The notes under the pieces were generated by a model. It ran no database searches and was not told the DNA's origin. It was given only the letters and a program-made list of their open reading frames with translations. This document shows positions 50,744 through 60,765 of a stretch of DNA of 64,000 nt, piece by piece. This DNA is from Leptolyngbyaceae cyanobacterium (GTDB lineage Bacteria; Cyanobacteriota; Cyanobacteriia; Phormidesmidales; Phormidesmidaceae), in contig CBDHHL010000032.1 of NCBI GenBank assembly GCA_965263355.1, positions 2,208,001 through 2,272,000 of the forward strand, given 5' to 3'. The position numbers and the translations under genes were made by a program. Numbering within the stretch: position 1 is the first letter of the stretch; each line of letters begins with the position of its first letter.

Positions 50744-53700
50744 GTGCTTAATTCTAGTATAAATAATTTTATTGATTTGTTAGAGTTCAGGGCTGAGAGC
50801 TGCCCTGACAAAACTGTTTATACCTTTCTTAAAGATGGTGAAGTAGAGGATACTTCCCTAACCTACAAAAACTTAAATCAAAGGGCAAAAGCGATCGCAA
50901 CTCAGTTGCACTCTCACTGTTCAGTTGGGGATCGTGCTCTACTACTCTATCCAGCTGGATTAGACTTTATTGCTGCCTTTTTCGGTTGTCTGTATGCTGG
51001 TGTGATTGCCGTTCCGGTGTATCCTCCCCGTCGCAATCAGAGTTTATTGCGTTTGAAAACAATTGCTCAGGATTGTCAGGCAACAGTGGCTCTCACCACC
51101 GCTGCCACATTGGCAACAGTCAAACGCTGGTGGGATACCGATCCGATCTCGTCACAACTAAACTGGTTGGCAACCGATGCACTAGAAATCTGTTCTGGTT
51201 TAGATACCTATGCTCCAATAACCCCTGAGACCCTGGCATTTTTGCAGTACACATCTGGCTCCACTGGCACCCCTAAAGGAGTCATGGTTTCCCATGGAAA
51301 TCTGATTCAAAATTGTTCCATTATCTGTACTTGTTTTCAAAATAGATCTGAGCATGTCGGGGTGTCCTGGTTGCCGTTCCACCATGACATGGGTTTAATT
51401 GGTGGACTTTTAGAATCAATATACAGCGGCGGATCGATGATTCTAATGGCCCCTGCAGCCTTTCTCCAGAAACCAGTTCGTTGGTTAAAGGCAATCTCCC
51501 GATATCAGGCAGTTACAAGCGGTGGACCAAACTTTGCCTATGATCTTTGTACCCAGACAATTAAACCAGAACAACTAGACGATCTTGATCTACACAGTTG
51601 GACCCTCGCATTTACCGGTGCAGAACCTGTGCGGGTGGAAACTTTAGAACGATTTTCGCAAATATTTACTGGTTGTGGATTTCGTCGAAATGCCTTTTAT
51701 CCCTGCTATGGCATGGCCGAGACAACGTTATTAGTCACGGGGGGGACTCGGGCAGAGAAGCCAATTATTCATACCGTTGACCGAACTGCTTTAAAGCAAA
51801 ACCAGGTGGTTGAGAGTTCTTTGTCAGCGGAGGGCAAAACTCTGGTGAGCTGTGGTCGTAGTTGGCTGGATCAAAACGTGATTATTGTGGAGCCAGATTT
51901 ATTAACGCGTTGTGAACCAGACAAAATTGGCGAAATTTGGGTGGCTGGTGCCAGCGTTGCTTGCGGGTATTGGCAACAACCCGAACAAACTTACCAAACA
52001 TTTCAGGCCCATCTGGCAGACACCGGAGAAGGACCCTTTTTAAGAACAGGTGATTTAGGCTTTTTGCGAGATGGGGAACTGTTTGTAACCGGGCGACTTA
52101 AGGATGTGATGATTATCCGGGGACGCAACCATTATCCTCAGGATATTGAGCTAACGGTTGAGACTGCCCATGGTGCTTTACAAGCCAATGCAGGAGCCGC
52201 TTTTACGGTGGAACAATCAGCAGTGGAGCACCTGGTCATTGTGCAGGAGGTGAAGCGCTTACAGCTGCGTAATCTGCAGCCAGATGAGATTATCTGGGCC
52301 ATTCGTAAGGCTATTTCAGAACACCATGAACTCCAGGTATCTACAATTTGTTTACTTAAACCGGGTAGCTTGCCTAAAACATCGAGTGGGAAAGTACAAC
52401 GACAATTATGTCGAACTCGGTTTGAGACCAACAGCCTGGCGACGGTTGCCCAATGGAGCCGAGATGCTCTCTCAGAGACTGATGCTGTTACTAAGCAAGA
52501 GTTTTTAGATATCAGTGGATTACAGGGTTTGGAAAAAGTTCAGGCCCTGGAGACATGGTTGGTGAACCGGATTGCCCAACAAGCACAGATTTTGTCGGCA
52601 GAGGTTGATCGCCATTGCCCTTTAGTGAGTTACGGTCTAGATTCACTGCAAGTGATTGAGATGTCTACGGAGCTAGAGGCATTGCTCGGGCAGCCTGTGT
52701 CTCCGACGATTGTGTATGATTATCCCACCATCACAGCCCTGGCTCAGCAGTTAGGTCTGGGACCACAGATGGCAAATTTATCCAGTCCATCATTACCCCA
52801 TGGGAAACAAGTCAGGCATGGGGAGGAGATCGCAATTATTGGTCTGGGTTGTCGTTTTCCTGGGGCCAACACCCCTGATGCGTTTTGGCAACTTCTGCAT
52901 GAGGGTCGAGATGCGATCGCAGAAGTTCCCCTATCGCGATGGGATAGCAGTCACTTAGGCTCCCTCCTTACAGACCAGCCCATTGCTCATTGGGGCGGTT
53001 TTCTCCAGCACATTGATCAATTTGATCCTCAATTTTTTGGCATTTCTCCTCGAGAAGCCGCCAGTATGGACCCTCAGCAACGCCTACTACTGGAGGTATG
53101 CTGGGAAGCATTAGAAAATGCTGGACAGTCTCCAGAGCGATTGAGCGGTAGCCAGTCCGGTGTATTTTTGGGCATTAGCAACGGCGATTATTCTCGCTTG
53201 CAGAGCAATCACCTGAGTACAAATGTTTACTATGGCACGGGGAATGCCTTTAGTATTGCGGCTAACCGTCTGTCGTATCTGATGGATTGGCATGGCCCGA
53301 GTTGGGTGGTGGATACCGCTTGCTCATCTTCACTGGTGGCTGTTCATCAGGCTTGTCAGAGCTTGCAAGCGGGAGAATGCAATCTGGCAGTAGCTGGCGG
53401 AGTAAACCTGATATTAAGTCCGCAATTGACGGTGACCTTTTCCCAAGCGCAAATGATGGCCTTAGATGGACGCTGTAAGACCTTTGACGCCGATGCCGAT
53501 GGCTATGTACGGGGTGAAGGCTGTGGCTTAGTTGTCCTCAAGCGGTTATCGGAGGCTGTAGAAGCAGGCGATCAGATTTTGGCCGTCATTAAAGGGTCTG
53601 CTGTCAATCAAGATGGCCGTAGTAATGGATTGACTGCACCCAATGGCTTGGCTCAACAACAGGTCATTCGTCAGGCGTTAGAGAATGCTGGCATCAATGC

Positions 53701-56700
53701 GACTCAGGTGAGTTACCTTGAAACCCATGGCACTGGCACGGTGTTAGGTGATCCCATTGAGGTCAATGCCCTCAAAGCCATCTTTGCAGATAAGCAACAG
53801 CGTGGGTTTCCCTGCTGGCTTGGCTCTGTCAAAACCAACATCGGTCATCTCGAACCTGCCGCTGGGATAGCGGGTTTGATCAAAGTGGTTTTATCCTTGC
53901 AGCATGGCGAAATTCCTCCTCACTTACACTTAAAGCAAGTTAATCCTTACATTCAGCTTCAAGATACCCCTCTGCAGATTCCCATCAAAGGACAAGCTTG
54001 GACTGTGGGTGAGCAACCCCGCATTGCTGGGGTGAGTTCTTTTGGCTTTGGAGGGACGAATGCCCATGTCATTGTTGCTGACGCAAACACTAGCCCACAA
54101 GATATTCCACAAGATATTTCACAAGATATTTCCCAGGACCGTTCTCATCAGCTGTTCACCCTCTCAGCCAAAAATGAGACCGCACTTCAAGGACTCGTAA
54201 AGCGGTATCAGATGTACTTAATGCAGTCGTCTGCAGCATCCCTGACTGACATTTGCTTTACGGCCAACACAGGACGAGCCCATTTTGACCATCGTTTGGC
54301 CATTCTTACATCGTCGAAGTTGAAATTAGAACAACAACTCAATGCCATTACCTCCGGTCAAAACACAGTTAATAACCATACGTCTGGAATTTACAAGGGG
54401 TATCAAGAAAACTATCAGCCCTTTAAAGTAGCGTTTCTATTCACAGGGCAGGGCTCTCAATATGTGAATATGGGCCGACAACTTTATGAAACTGAGCCTG
54501 TATTTCGAGACGCCCTTAACCAGTGTATTGATCTTCTTGGAAAAGAAGGACTCTCTTTGCTAACTGTACTCTATCCAGAGCAGGGGAGTAGGGAAGAATC
54601 CTCCCCCTCTCTTGACCAAACTGCTTACACCCAACCCGCTCTCTTTGCCATTGAATACGCCTTGACCCAACTGTGGCAATCCTGGGGCATCAAGCCGGAT
54701 ATTGTCTTAGGTCACAGTGTTGGTGAATATGTGGCTGCTTGTGTAGCAGGTGTTTTTAGTCTGGAAGCAGGTTTGACGTTAATTGCAGCCCGTGGGCGGT
54801 TAATGCAGGCCTTACCTGCTGGTGGGAAAATGCTATCGCTGTTGGCAACGATTACGGATGTGGAGCAGTGGATCGAGCCCTATGGAGATGAGGTTGCGAT
54901 CGCAGCCATTAATGGGCCTCAAAGTATTGTCATCTCTGGTGCAGAACAAGCGATTCAGGCAATTGAACGCGATTTAAAGGCAATAGGGATAAAGGCCAAG
55001 GTACTACAGGTTTCCCATGCCTTCCATTCTCCCCTGATGGCACCCATGATGTCCGCATTTGAAACAATTGCCCAGAATATTACCTATACGCCGCCCAAAA
55101 TACCCATTATCTCCTGTGTAACGGGTCAGCTTGCTAACTCTGACATGGCCACACCAAACTATTGGGTTCGCCATGTAGAACAACCCGTTAACTTTCTGGG
55201 GGGTATGACTCAACTGCAGGCCCTGGGATACAACGTCTTTTTAGAAATTGGCCCTAAATCGTTGCTATTGGGTATGGGCAAGAAAATTCTATCAAATCAG
55301 GGGGAGCTTGAAGGAATAACGAATAAACAACCGCATTGGCTCCCTAGTTTGCGTCCTGGTCAGGATAACTGGCAACAGATATTACAAAGTTTGGCCCATC
55401 TATATGTCAACGGTGCCACTATTGATTGGGTTGGCTTTGAACAGAACCCTACCCAGCATAAAGTATCGCTACCCACCTATCCATTTCAACGTCAGCGCTA
55501 TTGGCTAGAGAACGATCCAAATCCTGAGTCTTACCTTTCATTAAATTATCTGGTGGCAAACCAAGGGCAGTCTCAGTCTTTCAAACACCATCCATTGGTC
55601 GGACAGCGGTTTCACTCTCCGCTTCAATCCATTCAGTTTCAGTCTCAGCTTAGTCCTCAGCAGCCAGGGTATCTGACACATCATCGCGTCTTTGAACAGA
55701 CTCTGTTACCCGCTGCAGCCTATTTAGAAATGGCCTTGGCCGCAAGTAACCAAGTATCATCATCGCAGCTGATGCAGCTCACAGAGGTGACGATCCAGCG
55801 TGGCTTGATTTTGCCAGAAGGCACCTCTGTTACAGTACAAACCATTCTTACGCCTGAGGTGTCTGGGTCGTATCAGTTTGAAATCTTTAGTTTGACTCAG
55901 AACCAGGCTGAAAGGAATGGTAGTTTAAGTCAGACAACATCAACGACTCGAACACAATTGCAGGCAGATTCTTCCTGGATTTCCCATGCCAAAGGTGTCA
56001 TCAAACCCCTTAAAGATAGCGATATAGCCCCCTCTCAAATCGATCTTGAAACCTCTAAGGCCAACTTCTCAAAATCGATCCCTGTACAAGACTACTATCA
56101 ACAGTTATACCAGTGGGGATTGGACTATGGAGAGTCATTCCAAGCCGTCCAGTCCCTTTGGACGGAGGCCCATCAAGTACTTGGGGAAATTTGGCTACCG
56201 GAGTCACTGATTCGAGACAATGCCATTTATCAGCTCCATCCTGTTGTCTTAGATGCCAGTTTTCAGATTCTAGCAGCTGCCATTGGCACAACTCATGCCC
56301 AAGACACCTATTTACCCACAGGTGTGACACGATTTCAAATTATTCAACCGGTTCCAGAAAAAGTCTGGGCACTTGGGTCTATCCTAGAATCCGAGACTGC
56401 GAGTCCTCAAACCTTGACCGGAAATATTCGGCTTTATGATGCGACCGGTGCTTTAGTTGGCTATATAGAAGGCTTAACCCTGGCTCGAACAAATCGTCAG
56501 GTGCTGATGCATTATCTCCAACCGGAGAACTCTTCTAACTTATCTCCTGATCTATATGAAATTAACTGGCAGCTTGCCCCCTTACCATATCAGGTGGAAT
56601 TAGCTACCCCTGTGCCCAAAAAGGCTGGCACCTGGCTGATTTTTGCTCAACCTACAGACCTTAGGGCACAACTGGCAAAGTTACTTCAACAGCAAGAACA

Positions 56701-59500
56701 GGATTGTATTTTTGTATCCCTAGGTTCAGGGTATCAACAGCTCGATGCCCAGCATTATCAACTTGACCCTACTCAACCTGATAATTTTCAGCGGTTGTTA
56801 CAAGATATTCTCACTCCCTCTATTTCTTTACGGGGGATTGTCCATTTATGGGGAGTCATTCCCACCGCTTTAACGACTACCCAAGCTGTAGAAGACTCTC
56901 AAGTCTTAGGCTGTGCCTCAGGATTACACCTGGTACAGGCCCTGTCTAAGTTTCAGTCACGACTTCAGAGTCAATCGAAAATGCCAACTCTGTGGCTAGT
57001 AACCCAGGGAGCACAAACCCTTGAAAAGGATACAACTACATCAATACAGTTTCACCAAACCTCTCTTTGGGGGCTAGGACGAGTTATTGCCCTAGAACAC
57101 CCTGAGCTTCAGTGTCGGTGTGTTGATTTAGAATTTACCCCTGACCATACAACCTTGGCATCGAACGTTGTTCGACAACTTGCCCAGGACCTGATTGAGT
57201 CGGACGCCGAAAACCAGATTGCTTATCGTCAAGACAAGCGATACGTAGCTCGGTTATCTGCTTATCGGAGTTCTCAGTCTGAGCAGGTTTCTGACGCTGA
57301 AATATCTGACGCTGAAACAGTGGGTTTGCCCATTCCATCAGGGCATTCTTTTCAGCTCAAGTTAAAAGAATACGGTCTTTTAGACCATCTAAGGTTACAG
57401 GCAAATGAGCGTCGTATCCCAAATGCCAATGAAATCGAAATTCAGGTAGCTGCAGTAGGGCTTAACTTTCGAGATGTGTTAAATGTCTTGGGCCTGCTCA
57501 AAGAGTATTATGCTGAAAACTTAGGAATTACCCAGGCAAATCAACTCACCTTTGGATTTGAATGTGCGGGTATCGTTGTGGCTGTGGGTGATCAAGTTTC
57601 CTGTTATCAAGTGGGTGATGAAGTCATCGCGACCATGCTGATGGATGGGGCCAGCCGATTTGTAACCACCCGCACAGAGTTTGTGATACCCAAACCAAAG
57701 CACCTAAATTTTGTCGAAGCGGCCACACTGCCGCTGGCATTTTTGACGGCCAATTATGGATTAAACCACCTGGCCAAACTAAAATCAGGGGAACGGGTTT
57801 TAATTCATGCAGCAGCTGGTGGGGTGGGGCAAGCAGCTGTTCAAATTGCTCAAAAAGTAGGGGCAGAAATTTTTGCAACGGCCAGCCCAGGTAAGTGGGA
57901 CTTTTTGAGTTCCCAAGGCATCACCCACATTATGAATTCTCGCACCTTAAACTTTGCTGATGAGGTGATGAGGCTTACAGACGGCCAAGGTGTAGATGTC
58001 GTCCTCAATAGCCTCAATGGTGAGGTGATTGATAAAAGCTTTGCTGTTCTTGCTAAGGGCGGGCGATTTGTTGAGTTAGGCAAAATCGGCATCTGGGAAC
58101 AGCAGGAGGTAAAACAGAGACGGCCTGATGTTCAATATTCTCCATTTGATTTAGGGGAAGTGACTCGGGCAAATCCCACATTAATGTGTCAGCTTTGGTC
58201 CCAATTGGGCCATCAGTTTGAGCAAGAAAATTTTCAGCCGCTTCCTCACCGGGTTTTTTCGATTCAAAACAGTATTGATGCCTTTCGCTATATGCAGCAG
58301 GCGAAGCACATTGGCAAGGTGGTGCTGACGTTGCCCGTGATGCATCATCTGCCCATGGATGAAAAACTAAGTGAGATGCCCAGTATTGTCCCCTATGGCA
58401 GTTACTTAATCACGGGTGGTTTAGGAGCCCTGGGTATTCAAATGGCTCAATGGTTGATAGATCAGGGAGCACAGCAGCTTATTCTCACGGGGCGGCGTCC
58501 CCCCTCAGCTCAGGTCCAAAAAACAATAGAACAGCTAAAAGAAAACGGTGCTCAAGTTTCTGTGGTATTGGGTGATATTTCTCAACAACAGCAGGCTACT
58601 CACCTGTTTGATCAGATTTCGACATTGTCGCCGTTAAAGGGCGTGATTCATGCAGCGGGTATTTTAGACGATGGGTTGTTATCTCAACTTACCTGGGAAC
58701 GGTTTGCGCGAGTGATGGCTCCAAAGATATCTGGAGCTTGGAATTTACACCAATTGACCCAGGCATATTCCCTAGACTTTTTTGTTTGTTTCTCTTCAAT
58801 GGCGTCTCTTTTAGGTTCACCAGGGCAAGGAAACTATGCGGCAGCTAATGCGTTTATGGATGGTCTGATGCAATATCGTCGCTCCATGGGGTTACCTGGA
58901 ATGAGTATTAATTGGGGCCCCTGGTCTAACTCGGGTATGGCAGCTAATCTCAAGGCAAATGCTCAAGAGCGTTTGGCGGCACGAGGTATCTATGGGCTAG
59001 AACTACAGCAATGCTTTAAAGCATTGAATACATTGCTTTTCCAACAACAAAAATCTCAGGAAGTTTCTCAGGTGGGTGTTTTTTCGGTGGATTGGTTCCA
59101 GTTTATAGCTCAGTTACCTCGGACTGGAGTAATGCCAATTTTACATGACTTGCAGTCGGCCATAGCAGACAATCCCCAAAAGAAAGCGCCCCAATGGTTA
59201 GATCAGTTAAAGATGATGCCAATTATTGAGCGTCGTACCTATTTAATCGATCATCTGCGATCGCAAATGGCCGACATCCTAGGGTTCAGCACCCCCGATG
59301 ACATTGATCTCAATCAACCCCTGGCCGATTTGGGTGTGGATTCTTTAATGGCCGTTGAACTAGCTAATCAATTGGAGCAAAATTTAGGGCCAACTATTCC
59401 GTCCAGTTTTCTATTTGAGCATCCCACATTAGAGGAGTTAGTGAGCTATTTGATCGAGCATATGCCGGGTATTGAATTCTCCACGGTAACGGAAACCTAG
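50744..59500 (+). CDS. Type I PKS: FAAL-ACP-KS-AT-DH-ER-KR-ACP
   Basis: FAAL motifs; ACP GLDSL; KS DTACSSS/HGTGT/NIGHLE; AT GHSVG/HAFHS; DH HRVFEQTLLP/DASFQ; ER LIHAAAGGVG; KR TGGLGALG/LDD/YAAAN; ACP GVDSL; no TE. Confidence 0.93.
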   Translation: MLNSSINNFIDLLEFRAESCPDKTVYTFLKDGEVEDTSLTYKNLNQRAKAIATQLHSHCSVGDRALLLYPAGLDFIAAFFGCLYAGVIAVPVYPPRRNQSLLRLKTIAQDCQATVALTTAATLATVKRWWDTDPISSQLNWLATDALEICSGLDTYAPITPETLAFLQYTSGSTGTPKGVMVSHGNLIQNCSIICTCFQNRSEHVGVSWLPFHHDMGLIGGLLESIYSGGSMILMAPAAFLQKPVRWLKAISRYQAVTSGGPNFAYDLCTQTIKPEQLDDLDLHSWTLAFTGAEPVRVETLERFSQIFTGCGFRRNAFYPCYGMAETTLLVTGGTRAEKPIIHTVDRTALKQNQVVESSLSAEGKTLVSCGRSWLDQNVIIVEPDLLTRCEPDKIGEIWVAGASVACGYWQQPEQTYQTFQAHLADTGEGPFLRTGDLGFLRDGELFVTGRLKDVMIIRGRNHYPQDIELTVETAHGALQANAGAAFTVEQSAVEHLVIVQEVKRLQLRNLQPDEIIWAIRKAISEHHELQVSTICLLKPGSLPKTSSGKVQRQLCRTRFETNSLATVAQWSRDALSETDAVTKQEFLDISGLQGLEKVQALETWLVNRIAQQAQILSAEVDRHCPLVSYGLDSLQVIEMSTELEALLGQPVSPTIVYDYPTITALAQQLGLGPQMANLSSPSLPHGKQVRHGEEIAIIGLGCRFPGANTPDAFWQLLHEGRDAIAEVPLSRWDSSHLGSLLTDQPIAHWGGFLQHIDQFDPQFFGISPREAASMDPQQRLLLEVCWEALENAGQSPERLSGSQSGVFLGISNGDYSRLQSNHLSTNVYYGTGNAFSIAANRLSYLMDWHGPSWVVDTACSSSLVAVHQACQSLQAGECNLAVAGGVNLILSPQLTVTFSQAQMMALDGRCKTFDADADGYVRGEGCGLVVLKRLSEAVEAGDQILAVIKGSAVNQDGRSNGLTAPNGLAQQQVIRQALENAGINATQVSYLETHGTGTVLGDPIEVNALKAIFADKQQRGFPCWLGSVKTNIGHLEPAAGIAGLIKVVLSLQHGEIPPHLHLKQVNPYIQLQDTPLQIPIKGQAWTVGEQPRIAGVSSFGFGGTNAHVIVADANTSPQDIPQDISQDISQDRSHQLFTLSAKNETALQGLVKRYQMYLMQSSAASLTDICFTANTGRAHFDHRLAILTSSKLKLEQQLNAITSGQNTVNNHTSGIYKGYQENYQPFKVAFLFTGQGSQYVNMGRQLYETEPVFRDALNQCIDLLGKEGLSLLTVLYPEQGSREESSPSLDQTAYTQPALFAIEYALTQLWQSWGIKPDIVLGHSVGEYVAACVAGVFSLEAGLTLIAARGRLMQALPAGGKMLSLLATITDVEQWIEPYGDEVAIAAINGPQSIVISGAEQAIQAIERDLKAIGIKAKVLQVSHAFHSPLMAPMMSAFETIAQNITYTPPKIPIISCVTGQLANSDMATPNYWVRHVEQPVNFLGGMTQLQALGYNVFLEIGPKSLLLGMGKKILSNQGELEGITNKQPHWLPSLRPGQDNWQQILQSLAHLYVNGATIDWVGFEQNPTQHKVSLPTYPFQRQRYWLENDPNPESYLSLNYLVANQGQSQSFKHHPLVGQRFHSPLQSIQFQSQLSPQQPGYLTHHRVFEQTLLPAAAYLEMALAASNQVSSSQLMQLTEVTIQRGLILPEGTSVTVQTILTPEVSGSYQFEIFSLTQNQAERNGSLSQTTSTTRTQLQADSSWISHAKGVIKPLKDSDIAPSQIDLETSKANFSKSIPVQDYYQQLYQWGLDYGESFQAVQSLWTEAHQVLGEIWLPESLIRDNAIYQLHPVVLDASFQILAAAIGTTHAQDTYLPTGVTRFQIIQPVPEKVWALGSILESETASPQTLTGNIRLYDATGALVGYIEGLTLARTNRQVLMHYLQPENSSNLSPDLYEINWQLAPLPYQVELATPVPKKAGTWLIFAQPTDLRAQLAKLLQQQEQDCIFVSLGSGYQQLDAQHYQLDPTQPDNFQRLLQDILTPSISLRGIVHLWGVIPTALTTTQAVEDSQVLGCASGLHLVQALSKFQSRLQSQSKMPTLWLVTQGAQTLEKDTTTSIQFHQTSLWGLGRVIALEHPELQCRCVDLEFTPDHTTLASNVVRQLAQDLIESDAENQIAYRQDKRYVARLSAYRSSQSEQVSDAEISDAETVGLPIPSGHSFQLKLKEYGLLDHLRLQANERRIPNANEIEIQVAAVGLNFRDVLNVLGLLKEYYAENLGITQANQLTFGFECAGIVVAVGDQVSCYQVGDEVIATMLMDGASRFVTTRTEFVIPKPKHLNFVEAATLPLAFLTANYGLNHLAKLKSGERVLIHAAAGGVGQAAVQIAQKVGAEIFATASPGKWDFLSSQGITHIMNSRTLNFADEVMRLTDGQGVDVVLNSLNGEVIDKSFAVLAKGGRFVELGKIGIWEQQEVKQRRPDVQYSPFDLGEVTRANPTLMCQLWSQLGHQFEQENFQPLPHRVFSIQNSIDAFRYMQQAKHIGKVVLTLPVMHHLPMDEKLSEMPSIVPYGSYLITGGLGALGIQMAQWLIDQGAQQLILTGRRPPSAQVQKTIEQLKENGAQVSVVLGDISQQQQATHLFDQISTLSPLKGVIHAAGILDDGLLSQLTWERFARVMAPKISGAWNLHQLTQAYSLDFFVCFSSMASLLGSPGQGNYAAANAFMDGLMQYRRSMGLPGMSINWGPWSNSGMAANLKANAQERLAARGIYGLELQQCFKALNTLLFQQQKSQEVSQVGVFSVDWFQFIAQLPRTGVMPILHDLQSAIADNPQKKAPQWLDQLKMMPIIERRTYLIDHLRSQMADILGFSTPDDIDLNQPLADLGVDSLMAVELANQLEQNLGPTIPSSFLFEHPTLEELVSYLIEHMPGIEFSTVTET

Positions 59501-59588
59501 AAGGTAGACTCGCAACAGCTCAAGGCTAATGAACAACTGAAAAACGTTCTGAATTGATACCTGAATTTACAAGAGTGAGAAATCTTTA

Positions 59589-60698
59589 ATGGCAAATACT
59601 ATAAACATTGCAATTGTGGGTGTTGGCAACTGTGCGAGTGCCTTAATTCAAGGGCTGGCCCATTACCGTGAGACCGCTCACCAGCAGCAACCAGTGGGAC
59701 TGATGAATCTGGATTTAGGCGGTTATACCGCAGCTGATATTCAGGTGGTGGCGGCTTTTGATATTGATCAACGGAAGGTGGGTCAGGATGTTGCGATCGC
59801 AGCTTTCTCCCCCCCCAACTGCACCACTCAGTTTTATCCTGAGCTTAAACCTATGGGGGTAACGGTTAATATGGGGTGTATTCTGGATGGATTATCGGAT
59901 CACCTGCAGGACTATCCAGAAGAACATCGTTTTGTTCCCAGCGATCAACCGGAAGCATCTAAACAAGAGATCATCGAGATTCTTAAAACATCTAAAACAG
60001 ATCTCATCATCAACTATCTGCCTGTAGGCTCTGAAAAAGCAACTCAATTCTATGTTGAATGTGCTCTGGACGCTCAAGTTGGTTTTATAAACTGCATTCC
60101 AGTCTTTATTGCTAGTGACCCGATTTGGGCTAACAAATTTAGTAATGCCCATCTGCCCATCATCGGCGATGATATCAAATCACAGTTAGGGGCAACGATT
60201 ACCCATCGAGTGCTGTCTGATCTGTTTAAGCAGCGAGGGGTAAAAATTGAACGGACCTACCAGCTGAATACAGGGGGCAATACTGATTTCCTGAATATGC
60301 TTAATCGAGAGCGATTAGCGACCAAGAAAATTTCTAAAACTGAAGCGGTGCAATCAGCCTTAACCGAACGTCTGGATGCTGAAAATATCCATGTGGGTCC
60401 CAGCGACTATGTGCCCTGGCAAAAGGACAATAAAGTTTGTTTTATTCGAATTGAGGGCAAATTATTTGGAGATGTCCCCATGAATTTAGAGCTACGGCTA
60501 TCGGTTGAAGACTCGCCCAATTCTGCCGGTGTGGTGATCGATGCGATTCGCTGCTGCAAACTAGCCCTAGATCGAAAAATAGGTGGACCATTATGGTCAC
60601 CCTCTGCCTATTTTATGAAGCACCCGCCAAAACAACTTACAGAAGACGATGCCAATACGATGACAAAGAAATTTATTGCTGGTTCCGTTGAACGTTAA
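59589..60698 (+). CDS. ino1: myo-Inositol-1(3)-phosphate synthase
   Basis: IVGVGNCASAL, NYLPVGSE, GDDIKSQLGATITHR, QLNTGGNTDFLNM, EDSPNSAG. Confidence 0.95.
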   Translation: MANTINIAIVGVGNCASALIQGLAHYRETAHQQQPVGLMNLDLGGYTAADIQVVAAFDIDQRKVGQDVAIAAFSPPNCTTQFYPELKPMGVTVNMGCILDGLSDHLQDYPEEHRFVPSDQPEASKQEIIEILKTSKTDLIINYLPVGSEKATQFYVECALDAQVGFINCIPVFIASDPIWANKFSNAHLPIIGDDIKSQLGATITHRVLSDLFKQRGVKIERTYQLNTGGNTDFLNMLNRERLATKKISKTEAVQSALTERLDAENIHVGPSDYVPWQKDNKVCFIRIEGKLFGDVPMNLELRLSVEDSPNSAGVVIDAIRCCKLALDRKIGGPLWSPSAYFMKHPPKQLTEDDANTMTKKFIAGSVER

Positions 60699-60765
60699 TG
60701 TTTTAAGCCACAAGAACAGAAATAGATTTCCATTGACGCATCTGTAGTTTCTGTGAATAGATAAC

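Noticed and set aside
54096..54135. 12-bp repeats in the PKS (PQDI/SQDI), also 15-bp near 57290 and 18-bp near 41493
   Set aside because: In-frame linker expansions with no evident function.
50744..59500. Olefin synthase (Ols) or heterocyst glycolipid synthase
   Set aside because: It has DH and ER, lacks sulfotransferase and TE, and has no tandem ACPs or chain-length-factor domain.
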